32,000 nt of DNA, taken from Trichodesmium erythraeum IMS101. Lineage in GTDB: Bacteria; Cyanobacteriota; Cyanobacteriia; Cyanobacteriales; Microcoleaceae. Location of the stretch: positions 1,440,001 through 1,472,000 of the forward strand of contig NC_008312.1 of the NCBI RefSeq assembly GCF_000014265.1. Direction: 5' to 3'. The translations under genes were made by a program, and so were the position numbers. Of this stretch, positions 20,174 through 29,105 are shown piece after piece; position 1 is the stretch's first letter; every line of letters begins with the position of its first letter. The notes under the pieces were generated by a model, which worked only from the letters and a program-made list of their open reading frames with translations, was not told the origin of the DNA and made no database searches.

Positions 20174-21197
20174 TTATTCTCCACAAGAATCAATTGTTTG
20201 TGCAGTTAATTCTGTAATTATAGATATCAACCTTTTCCTGAGCTGCTCTAAATTATCAAATATTTCCCATGTTAATTTTATGTTTATTTCTAACCATAAT
20301 CTTTCGATAGGGTTTAATTCTGGAGAATAAGGAGGTTAAAATCAAAAAATTATGTTCTCAGGAATTGGCATATTTAAACTTTGATTTAGAGCTCCATTGT
20401 CTAATTGAATAATATGTAAATCATCAGGATATTTTTCGGCAAATAACTCCAAATATTTTTCCATACACACTGTGTCTAAATGGCTAAATTAATAGAAAAA
20501 ACTCTCTCCTGTTAATGCTTCTATTGAATGGTTATATTACTCCCATAAAGCGACAAATGCTTAAACAGCCATTGGTGTTTCCCTATGGACTTAATACTCA
20601 TTCCTGTTAATAATTGACCATTGATAGTTTTCAGGCAAATTCTTGTTTCGTCTTCACATCAATATCTAATTTTCTCAGCTCTTAATTTTTTTTCCTTAGT
20701 TGTTATTTTTTTTTTAAGATTTTCTTTATCTAGTTTTTTTTAAACTCTTCAAATTCTTCTAAATTTGTGGTACTTTCAGTTGACTTTTCAGCCGATATCT
20801 AAACAATTCATATACTGTTAATTATTGAACTTTGTTTTCATAAAACACTTGCAGCCATTATTGAAATTGACCATAGCTAAAGAAACCTTCCACAGATATG
20901 AGTGAGTTCTTTGGTTATTCTTGTGACGATCTCTGATGGTCCTGCTCTTGGCCTTCCAGGACTTTTTTTGTGTTTAATATTCCTTCTATTTCCCCTTGAC
21001 GATATTCACCAAACCAAGGTTATACTGTAACTTGATAACAACCGAGCAAGTCTGCTATTTATCCTATAGTAAAAAGCTTTTTCGTTTTTAACCAGTAAAG
21101 TGCTTGTAATTTTTCTTTGATACGGCTATCTGTTTGATAGGACAAAAGTTTTTTTAAATTCAGATTCTGTTTCTAATATTTGAGTTTTTGTTCTCAT
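20174..21197 (-). pseudogene. IS630-family transposase pseudogene (same type as the 29106-30244 element, heavily decayed)
   Basis: Minus-strand reading MRTKTQILETESEFKK..., ...KSPGRPRAG..., ...YSIRQW(LDNG-like)..., ...SRIKPYRKIMV (PELNPIERLW-like), with many stops. The nucleotide block 20290-20520 parallels 29270-29520. Confidence 0.75.
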
Positions 21198-21236
21198 CTG
21201 ATAACTGCAATCACTTAATAATTTTATAACTATTTT

Positions 21237-21404
21237 ATTGTAACAATCTTTTTGGAAATTAGTATTATTTGAATCACAAAAAGCTCAAGAAAGTCAAAAT
21301 AGCATAAGCCTATAGTAAGTATTGTAACAATCTTTTTGGAAATTAGTATTATTTGAATCACAAAAAGCTCAAGAAAGTCAAAATAGCATAAGCCTGTAGT
21401 AAAT
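21237..21404. repeat. Tandem duplication, 2 x 84 bp (21237-21320, 21321-21404), 2 mismatches
   Basis: The unit ATTGTAACAATCTTTTTGGAAATTAGTATTATTTGAATCACAAAAAGCTCAAGAAAGTCAAAATAGCATAAGCCT(A/G)TAGTAA(G/A)T was read directly. Each unit contains a 7-bp inverted repeat, CTTTTTG...CAAAAAG. Confidence 0.9.
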
Positions 21405-21791
21405 ATAGCGCTTTTTTCATTATGCACTATAGTATATGTATTATCTTTGTGTAAGTCCTGTGTATATAAAATTAAATCACAATTGGGATAAACCCTTCTG
21501 TATAAGTTCCTTATGCCTTCTGCCTTCCTTTCACCAAAGTATAAATATTTATCTGGATATGATTAGATCGTCTTTATAGCGGTAGTCTGATAGACATTAC
21601 CTCTGAGAACCTCTACAGATAAATTATATCTTCAGTTACCAATACTAATCTTTGTTATCTATTCCATGCATCAGATTTTCCCAGCTGCTGCAATTTAATT
21701 GCACCTTCAAGACTTTGTCTACTTCTGTAATCTAGTTTAAATGGTAAAACAGCTTAAGGAATAAGTAGACCCACTCTGAATATTTTTCAAT

Positions 21792-24700
21792 CTAACTAAT
21801 ACCAAACTCAACAATCATTTGCTCTACCTGAGCAGCGACCAGAGGGTCTGGGTCATTCCTCAAATGAGGCAATAATTCAACTAATGCCCGTTGAGATGCC
21901 ATTCGTAAGTAAGCCAGAGCTGCCTCCCGTACAAAACCAGTAGGATGACGTAAACAAACTAAAGTTTGTTCTGCCGTTAAACTCCAACGAGCTGCACGAG
22001 CCATCTGTAAACAACAAGCTAAAGCCCACTCAGAAAGAAAATGGCGAAAATCTAGCAGGTGTCGTAAGCGATCGCTAGGAGCCATTGGTTGATAAATCAC
22101 CATTTCAGATAAACTATTTAATTTTTCTTCATAGCTCTTTTGATCCAAAATATCAATCAGCGATCGCTTACAAGAAATATCTACAGTATTATCCAAAATT
22201 TCCAAACCGCGAGCCACATTTGAACGGGAATCTGAGTTAATATTAAGAGCTGCTGCCTTAATAGAACCCAATGGATAAAGAAACTTCATTAACAAAAAAC
22301 ACTGTTCTATAGCATCTAACTCCAACAATTGTAAAGACCGCAACAATATTTCTGTATAATCAGTAGTTAGTTTTCCATTACTTTTCTCTAAAGCACTAGA
22401 GAGAGAATTCTCTGAATTAATACTTACCCCAGACAAGTCTACTATACCCGCATAAATCTGTCCCAAGAACATCAACTCTTGCTCTACTAGAATTTCAACT
22501 CCACTGCGGCCTACTCGTTCCAGGACCCCTTCAATTCCTATTTCTTCCGGCATTTTCAATAATCTGCGTAGAATATTACGACGTGTTGTACCCCAAGTTG
22601 TCATCATTCTATTTACCAGAGAATCTAGTGCTTCTATTGTACCAATTTCACTAATAGCAGTCCAAGCTTGTAATCGAACTAGATCTGACTTATGAGCATC
22701 ATCGGCTAACTTCACCAACATTGGAATCGCATCATTACCTAATCTTACTAATGCTTGCAATGCAGATTCTCTGGTTGATTTGTAGGATAAACCCCGTAAC
22801 AGTGAGGGGTAGTAACCTTCCAAATGAGTAGCAGCAATCACATCCATACAATACTTTCGTACTCGTAAGGATTCATCTTGTAATAAACTCGGAATATATA
22901 ATCGTAACCCTTGCAAATAATCTGCTTCTCCCAAGGCACGAACACCCATGACTCTTTCCTTTTCCAGTTTAGAAGTAATCATCCTGCGTAAAACATTAGT
23001 AGCCTCAGCTTTTTGCTCTCTGTCTCCTCTACGCATAATTAAAGCTGCTGCTGTACCTCTTACTACTGGATCTACTGAAGGTTGTAAATAAGGCCGAAGT
23101 TGACTAACATCTGATTTTGATTCTGTAAGCCAGATATAACGTAAAGCCAAAGCTAAAACTTGTGCTGGTAGTGATGTTTGAGTTAACGAGCGCACTTGTT
23201 GGAGATAAGCTGGATTAGGGTGATTCAACATTACTTCCAAACTTTGAGATTGTAATGCCGGTGACATTACCCCGAGTAGTGGAGCCAATATTTCACCTAT
23301 ATTTTTTTTATCTATTTGACTTAATAACTCAATACAGGAACGCTTATCTTCTTCTGCCGTTCCTCTTTCCAAAGTTTCTACTACTGAGCGTTTCAATGCC
23401 CTCATATCTACATCTAAAACAGCAAATCTACCTTTACCTGCACTCCTTACCAATAAGTTTACATATTGAGTTCTAATTAATAATATTACTCCTAACCATA
23501 CCAGAGCTGATATGATTATTGCGATCACAAAGACTAGACCCTGCTGGTCTGAAAACAAACGTTGATTGGAGTCTAATATTAATCTACTTACCCCAAGAAT
23601 TGCTAGTATTATTAATCCACTTAAGCCTGTAGAAAAGGGTTCTGCTACCCCATTTACCATTGTTTGAACATCACTACGAATATTCTCTGGTAAAGGTTGG
23701 AATAAAACAGGCCCAGTAGTTTCTATTAATGTATAGTGTAGTAACTCATCTAGAAATCTCAGGATTACTAATCCTATAAATACTGAAAGTAATCCTGTTA
23801 TTGCCCCCGTCAAAGAAAATAACCCTAAAGCTATTGCCCCTAATGGTAGTACCATTGCTGTACCAAAAACTCCTATTCTTTCTACCAGACGACTAGAGGC
23901 AAACCATTGAGTTACTACTTGACAAGTACTCAAAATTCCTTCAAACAAACCCAGGAAACTTGCTATTTGATTTGCCCCATTAAGAGACCGGTTTTCCAAT
24001 TCTAGTTGATAAAAAAATTGAAAGTCTACTAATACATATAGTACCTCTGCTATTACAAAGAATATGATTAACGGCAATATATAACCTTGTAGAGGTCCTT
24101 TTACTATCCGAGTAGAAAACTCCTGCTCCTCATCTTCTGGTATCCAACGGCTAGAATCAGGAAAAGATTGTTGATATCTCTCTGATAAATATAACAGTAT
24201 TCCTGACCCAAATAATACCATTAAGCCCGATACTATTGTAACGTTATTCAGCGACACAAATGATATTATTAGAGGTAAAGAAAATCCACTAATTACTCCT
24301 GCTACTAAAAAACCACTACTTATTATTGGATATGTCCGTTTAATTTCTCTAATATTAAATAATTGGTTACCTGTGATTGAACTATTCAAATCGTTAAGTA
24401 AGTAACAAGCCTCTACCCATAACCACATCATAAAAGTAGTGAGAAAAGCTAAACTTAGACCAGCTATCTTGATATTCTCAATGCCAATACCAAGTCTAAA
24501 TAAGAATAAAGGAATTGCCATTAGTAATAAAATTACTACTATTACTCGGCGCAGAGGCATGATTTTTTGTAGCCAGGAGTAGACAAACCCAAGACCTGAA
24601 CCTATGCCAGCACTAGCAATATATATCCAAGGTAATTTCTCAGCACCATATTGGTCTAAGAATAAACTAACTGTACTCAGTTCTAACCAAATTAACCCTA

Positions 24701-24824
24701 TAGAAGTAAGAGTATATACCACAAACATTAGTAAGGTTCGCTCTACTTCTTCAGAACGGAGATTGAGAGATATTAGCAGTTTATCTCCTAATCCTGTATA
24801 ACTTTTTAAATTTCTCACTTCCAT
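21792..24824 (-). CDS. Polytopic membrane domain (MFS / ADP-ATP-carrier-like, about 12 TM) fused to a long HEAT/PBS-lyase-type repeat domain
   Basis: 1010-aa ORF. Residues about 30-460 are serial hydrophobic helices. The C-terminal ~540 aa show repeated alpha-solenoid units (...VRGTAAALIMRRGD..., ...VMGVRALGEA..., ...SLRVRKYCMDVIA..., ...ESALQALVRLGNDAIPML..., ...VREAALAYL...DPDPLVAAQV). Confidence 0.75.
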   Translation of the reverse strand: MEVRNLKSYTGLGDKLLISLNLRSEEVERTLLMFVVYTLTSIGLIWLELSTVSLFLDQYGAEKLPWIYIASAGIGSGLGFVYSWLQKIMPLRRVIVVILLLMAIPLFLFRLGIGIENIKIAGLSLAFLTTFMMWLWVEACYLLNDLNSSITGNQLFNIREIKRTYPIISSGFLVAGVISGFSLPLIISFVSLNNVTIVSGLMVLFGSGILLYLSERYQQSFPDSSRWIPEDEEQEFSTRIVKGPLQGYILPLIIFFVIAEVLYVLVDFQFFYQLELENRSLNGANQIASFLGLFEGILSTCQVVTQWFASSRLVERIGVFGTAMVLPLGAIALGLFSLTGAITGLLSVFIGLVILRFLDELLHYTLIETTGPVLFQPLPENIRSDVQTMVNGVAEPFSTGLSGLIILAILGVSRLILDSNQRLFSDQQGLVFVIAIIISALVWLGVILLIRTQYVNLLVRSAGKGRFAVLDVDMRALKRSVVETLERGTAEEDKRSCIELLSQIDKKNIGEILAPLLGVMSPALQSQSLEVMLNHPNPAYLQQVRSLTQTSLPAQVLALALRYIWLTESKSDVSQLRPYLQPSVDPVVRGTAAALIMRRGDREQKAEATNVLRRMITSKLEKERVMGVRALGEADYLQGLRLYIPSLLQDESLRVRKYCMDVIAATHLEGYYPSLLRGLSYKSTRESALQALVRLGNDAIPMLVKLADDAHKSDLVRLQAWTAISEIGTIEALDSLVNRMMTTWGTTRRNILRRLLKMPEEIGIEGVLERVGRSGVEILVEQELMFLGQIYAGIVDLSGVSINSENSLSSALEKSNGKLTTDYTEILLRSLQLLELDAIEQCFLLMKFLYPLGSIKAAALNINSDSRSNVARGLEILDNTVDISCKRSLIDILDQKSYEEKLNSLSEMVIYQPMAPSDRLRHLLDFRHFLSEWALACCLQMARAARWSLTAEQTLVCLRHPTGFVREAALAYLRMASQRALVELLPHLRNDPDPLVAAQVEQMIVEFGIS

Positions 24825-25004
24825 CTGGTTTACTGAATTTTTACTAAATTATATAGTTAATGAAATATCGTAAACTTTCTATATCAAGATCGTCAAATAT
24901 TGTCATATATAACAATATATATAAAATTTATTCACCTAAACAAAAAACCTGATTTGATAGGCTTTTAACCTGTATCTACCTTTAATCTTATATTATGTAA
25001 GGTC

Positions 25005-25088
25005 TATAATTTAGCAAAAAACAGGGTCGCCTCGCCTGCCTATTGGGTGGCTTTTTAGTTGTTTTTGGCGACTTTTTAGTTTTTTTTG
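25005..25088 (+). ncRNA. Candidate small RNA: perfect -10 box, GC-rich hairpin, U-tracts
   Basis: TATAAT at 25005-25010 (weak -35, TTAATC at 24982-24987). GTCGCC 25026-25031 pairs with GGCGAC 25066-25071, followed by TTTTTAGTTTTTTTT. There is also an internal GGGTGGCTTTTT. No ORF and no upstream plus-strand gene. Confidence 0.3.
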
Positions 25089-25218
25089 AATACATCTGTT
25101 ATTCTTTCATTAATTAGTTAGTCGCGGGCGGGCAGTCATCAGACAAAATATGAACGCACCAGGCCAGGGGTTTAAATAGGTTCAAGCTTTTTGATATAGA
25201 TTTAAATTGCAGCAAGAT

Positions 25219-25247
25219 AAAAAAACTTAACCCCCATCGGAGTTAAG
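25219..25247 (-). terminator. Strong Rho-independent terminator on the minus strand with no CDS upstream of it
   Basis: Minus-strand CTTAACTCC-GATG-GGGGTTAAG (9-bp stem including one G.U pair) followed by TTTTTTT (plus-strand A-run at 25219-25225). Confidence 0.65.
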
Positions 25248-25911
25248 GCTCACAATAACTCTTTCGTGCCTTATACCCGGGGAAAATGTTAATGTGTTAA
25301 GTCTTTTTAAGAATTAGGGATGTTGCATTCAACGTCCTGAGGGTTATTGTTTATTTAATGTGCTTTATTTCACTGAAAACTCTTGTAGTTTAATACTAAT
25401 TTCACAAACTTAGACTAGACTGCTTATTTTAAAAGATCATAAGATTTTATTCTTGATTATAATGTGTAGCTATTCTTGAGGGAACTGGTATAATAATTGA
25501 AGATTACAGCAGTTTCTTTATGGATAGACTATTATGGACAGACTACAATGGGGAGATTCCATGAAACGCTCCTAAAAATTTTTAATTATAACATGAAGTA
25601 ATTTATTTTTTTTATCAAGGGTGAAGTAGAGCTATCCCCATTAATATGTCCGCGCTACAAAGATTTGAGGATTAATTAAATGTCTATAAGATTTTCCGCT
25701 CCAGAAGCGTCAGTAAACAGCATTTAGCAGTCAACTGAAGATTCAAGGGTAATATTCCCCTACTGTATTTAAACAATTAGTGGGCGATATTTAATGAGGT
25801 TTTTAACTACTCATTATATAGCTATTGAAGCTGATAGCTGATATATGAGAGCCGATAGCTCAGAGCTAAGATTTAAGTTCTACTTTAATATTTTTTATAT
25901 TCGCCCCGGCC

Positions 25912-25937
25912 AAAAAGCACGGTAATTATTACCGAGC
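25912..25937 (-). terminator. Rho-independent terminator on the minus strand, about 380 nt downstream of infC
   Basis: Minus-strand GCTCGGTAA-TAA-TTACCGTGC (one mismatch) followed by TTTTTGG. Confidence 0.5.
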
Positions 25938-26316
25938 CTTGGCTGATACGTGGTTTGACGTCTTAGAGGCGGCTTCTACCTTGGCAGTAGTCTTAGGCTG
26001 ACCTTCTCGTCCATTTCAAGTCTCGGAATACCCAAGCAGGACTGACAAAAAAATTTTGTAAGTAGGTCTCTATTTGTGCTTTCAGGTTTGAACTGCTCAT
26101 TGACCTAAAAGCTTCTTAAGTTTAACTCTCAAATGAAGAGGTTTCAAAAAACCTATTCTTTTCTACTCTACAGTATTTATGAGACAATTCGGGTATTTAA
26201 ACCCTACTTATTAAACAATTAGAAGTTGTCCTAGAAGGGCAAGGCTTTAAACCCAATTTTTCCGTAATTAATATAATTGGTACCTGCTGTAAATTCTATA
26301 TAAATGCTTAAAGTAT

Positions 26317-26853
26317 TCAACTTGACTTTTTAGGAGATAACAACATCATCATACTACGTCCCTCCTTTTTGGGAGCTTGTTGAATCTCCGCTAAATCTTT
26401 TAAATCTGTTGCCATCCGTTGCAATAATTCTTCTGCAAGGTTACTGTGTTGTATTTCCCGGCCTCGGAACATAATAGTGGCTTTCACTTTATCACCAGAC
26501 TCGAGAAAACGCTTTGCATGAGATAAGCGGACATTATAGTCATGCTCCTCAATTTTATAGCGCATCTTCACTTCCTTAACTTCGGCATTATGCTGCTTAC
26601 GTTTGGCATCCTGAACTTTCTTTTTCTGTTCAAACAGATATTTACCGTAATCAATTATTCTACAAACTGGTGGATCAGCTTTATCACTGACCATAACCAG
26701 ATCGAGACCTTTTTCCTGGGCCATCCGTAAAGCTTCTCTTGTTTCTACAATTCCTAATTGTTGGCCATCTGCATCAACAGCCCTAACTTTGGGAACTCTA
26801 ATCTTTTCGTTAACTTGAGGGAGATTACGATTATTTTTTTTTTCGATTGGCAT
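26317..26853 (-). CDS. infC: Translation initiation factor IF-3
   Basis: 178 aa. [23 protein letters not shown]...[16 protein letters not shown]....[18 protein letters not shown] and the C-terminal [37 protein letters not shown] are canonical IF-3. Confidence 0.95.
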   Translation of the reverse strand: MPIEKKNNRNLPQVNEKIRVPKVRAVDADGQQLGIVETREALRMAQEKGLDLVMVSDKADPPVCRIIDYGKYLFEQKKKVQDAKRKQHNAEVKEVKMRYKIEEHDYNVRLSHAKRFLESGDKVKATIMFRGREIQHSNLAEELLQRMATDLKDLAEIQQAPKKEGRSMMMLLSPKKSS

Positions 26854-27223
26854 TAATTGGAATTTTAAAACGATGTTGGCAAGGATATTGGTTAAACTTT
26901 ATGTGATATAACTTATCAATAATATATTATCATAATCAAATATTTTTATGCAAGCCTATTACATAACGCTGTTTTTCTCTAGCTTAACACAATGTACATT
27001 TTGCTGGTATGAGTGTAAATCTTAAGCAAGAGACTTTTTAGTTGCTTTTTTTTGAATAGATATGTTAATATTTATAATAATCTATAGTAATATAGTTATG
27101 CAATTCTGGGGGAAATAGAATATAAAGAATTGGGAAACAAAAGTAGGTAGTCAACGAGACTGGGTATGGCGAGGATGGCAAACTCGCTACACTTATGTTA
27201 GATGCCAAAGTAACTACAAAACT

Positions 27224-28048
27224 ATGGAAGGCCAGAATCTACAAAACCCTCCTATACTGCTTTTACATGGTTTTGGTGCATCAATAGGCCATTGGCGACA
27301 CAACATAAATGTATTAAGTCAAAAACATACAGTCTATGCACTAGATTTATTGGGCTTTGGTGCTTCGGAAAAGGCGATCGCCAACTACAATAGTAACTTT
27401 TGGGTAGAGCAAATATATGATTTTTGGCAGGCTTTTATTCAAGTACCAGTAATATTAGTAGGTAACTCTATTGGTTCATTAATATCCCTAGTTGTTACTG
27501 CTACACATAAAGATATGGTTGCAGGACTAGTAATGATTAGTTTACCAGACCCAACTGCTCAAGCAGAAGTAATTCCAAGTTGGTGTTTACCTACTGTTGA
27601 GTTGATTCAAAATATTGTTGCTTCCCCACTATTGTTAAGGGGTTTGTTTTTTATCCTTCGCAGAAGCTCAATAATTCGTCGCTGGGTTAAACTTGCCTAT
27701 AGTAATCCCGATCTAGTTACAGAAGAACTAGTGGATATATTGGCAGGACCGCCGAGGGATCAGGGTGCTGCTCGTGCTTTTTGTATTTTATTTAAAATTA
27801 TGGGTAGCACTAAGTTCGGTCCTAGTGTCAAAGCTATACTTCCTACTCTGGAACTTCCTATGTTGTTAATTTGGGGCAAGCAAGATTTATTCATTCCTGC
27901 CAAGTTTGCTAATCCTAGTCAGTTTAGTAAACTTAATTCCCGTTTAGAGTTTATAGAATTAGATAACGCTGGTCATTGTGCCCACGATGAATGTCCCGAA
28001 ATAGTTAATCGTCTAATTCTTGATTGGATTGTTAAACAAAAATACTGA
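27224..28048 (+). CDS. Alpha/beta hydrolase (HGFGAS oxyanion loop, GNSIGS nucleophile elbow). The ancestral start appears to be ATG 27098, with an in-frame TAG at 27116-27118
   Basis: 274-aa ORF. The in-frame upstream sequence encodes conserved-looking NWETKVGSQRDWVWRGWQTRYTYV and begins MQFWGK-TAG. Confidence 0.8.
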   Translation: MEGQNLQNPPILLLHGFGASIGHWRHNINVLSQKHTVYALDLLGFGASEKAIANYNSNFWVEQIYDFWQAFIQVPVILVGNSIGSLISLVVTATHKDMVAGLVMISLPDPTAQAEVIPSWCLPTVELIQNIVASPLLLRGLFFILRRSSIIRRWVKLAYSNPDLVTEELVDILAGPPRDQGAARAFCILFKIMGSTKFGPSVKAILPTLELPMLLIWGKQDLFIPAKFANPSQFSKLNSRLEFIELDNAGHCAHDECPEIVNRLILDWIVKQKY

Positions 28049-28296
28049 TTGATCAACTTGACTAGACTAAATAGCTAACATATTTCTTGGGTTTTAGGCA
28101 AGGGTATTTTTACTTAGAGATGGAGGTTTATACAATAAACCAAAAATACCTAAGTGGATCATTGATGATATTGAAGGTCTGATTCATCTCCAAAGAGAGT
28201 GGGAATATCTACCCAGCTTTAAAAGCAATTTTAAAGTACAATGTCCAGTCTTTGAAAAACAATATACCAATGAACAAGAAAGGAATGAACTTCAAA

Positions 28297-29050
28297 CTAT
28301 TGAAAGCTATCATAATTGGAAAAACGCCAGTGCCAATACTCATAACTTACTCCTTGAGAGTTATTTTCAGGAAATGACATTTCAAAACCATATTGGTTGA
28401 CATTTTTAATTAACCACTGAAAAGTTTTAGTTTCTCCAAACTCATAAGTAATATCTTTTTCTGGGAAGTTGCTATCAGCCATATCAATTTCCTATCCAGT
28501 GTGATGATCACTATAGCTGGGAGGAGCAGTAGTCTTTGCAACTGTTTCTGGAGAACCATAGTGCTGAATTTGGTATTGGAATAGTTGCTTTTGGTTAGCA
28601 ACAGTGCGAAATCCTGAAACGGTTACAAGTTATATACTATCATCCACTGCTGCATATATCATTTACATCAAAGCAAAGGCTACTTCAGATGCCAATTTTT
28701 CAGGCTTTTGATACTCTGCACCAGTGGCATAACTGCCAATAATTACCATTTTTTGTGCTTTCCCCTCCGGGTAGGGAAAATGCCCAATTTTTTGTTCTTT
28801 TACTGTTAGATATGATTTTGACTTAACTGAGTGAGGGTTCACTGGAGTTTGTAACGGAGTAGAAAGAGGCGGAGCGGTTTTTTTTCAGGTGCTGGAGAAA
28901 CAAGAACGGTAGGTGTAATAGAAGGAGAAGGCGCAATGGTTGCATATTTTTTAGTTAAAATTTCACAATTGCATAGCCGTTAAGAATTAGTCCTAACACT
29001 AATAAAGCAGTAGGAACAAGAAAACGAAAGCTAGTCCAGAAGCTATTGAT
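28297..29050 (-). pseudogene. VanY/M15B D-alanyl-D-alanine carboxypeptidase-like pseudogene
   Basis: A single reading frame gives ...GHFPYPEGKAQKMVIIGSYATGAEYQKPEKLASEVAFALM*MIYAAVDDSI*LVTVSGFRTVANQKQLFQYQIQHYGSPETVAKTTAPPSYSDHHTG*EIDMADSNF...YGFEMSFPENNSQGVSYEYWHWRF. In-frame stops lie at 28663-28665, 28630-28632 and 28492-28494, with a frameshift in the T8 run at 28878-28885. Confidence 0.8.
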
Positions 29051-29105
29051 CTAAAGTGTCCTATAGATTTATTTTTCACCTGTTTATTAATCTAGTCTTG
29101 TAATA

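Noticed and set aside
18463-21197. Composite transposon (two IS630-type elements flanking R2 as cargo)
   Set aside because: The two flanking relics belong to different IS630 subgroups with unrelated N-termini. Both are heavily decayed, and R2 includes a truncated gene end. IS-associated duplication and deletion fits better.
21237-21404. Possible CRISPR array
   Set aside because: Only two units, 84 bp each, directly abutting with no spacers. No cas genes in the window.
21230-21427. 65-aa ORF encoding a duplicated 28-aa peptide
   Set aside because: It is an artefact of the 2 x 84-bp tandem repeat (84 is a multiple of 3). It has a hydrophobic, low-complexity translation and no RBS.
25938-26045. 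SRP RNA, tmRNA, RNase P RNA or an L20-leader-type element downstream of infC
   Set aside because: I looked for GGAAGGAAGCAGC-type SRP domain IV, GAGGAAAGTCCGGGC (RNase P) and the tRNA-like tmRNA ends on both strands and found none. Only a weak GGTCAG...CCTAAG resemblance. Kept only as an unclassified candidate.
28119-28400. ~90-codon open frame on the plus strand (KPKIPKWIIDDIEGLIHLQREWEYLPSFKSNF...) overlapping the 3' end of the VanY-like pseudogene
   Set aside because: No ATG, GTG or TTG start before a late internal Met and no recognisable family. It is partly the antisense of a coding frame. It could be a gene relic, but I cannot support it.
27116-28665. Stop-codon reassignment as the explanation for the in-frame TAG/TAA codons in the hydrolase and VanY-like genes
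   Set aside because: Intact genes in the window terminate normally with all three stops: TAA (comF, ferredoxin 3, STAS), TAG (DUF1350, ferredoxins 1 and 2, SpoIID, PP2C, the 1010-aa gene) and TGA (RsbW-like, infC, hydrolase). The VanY-like gene also has frameshifts, so decay is the simpler explanation.
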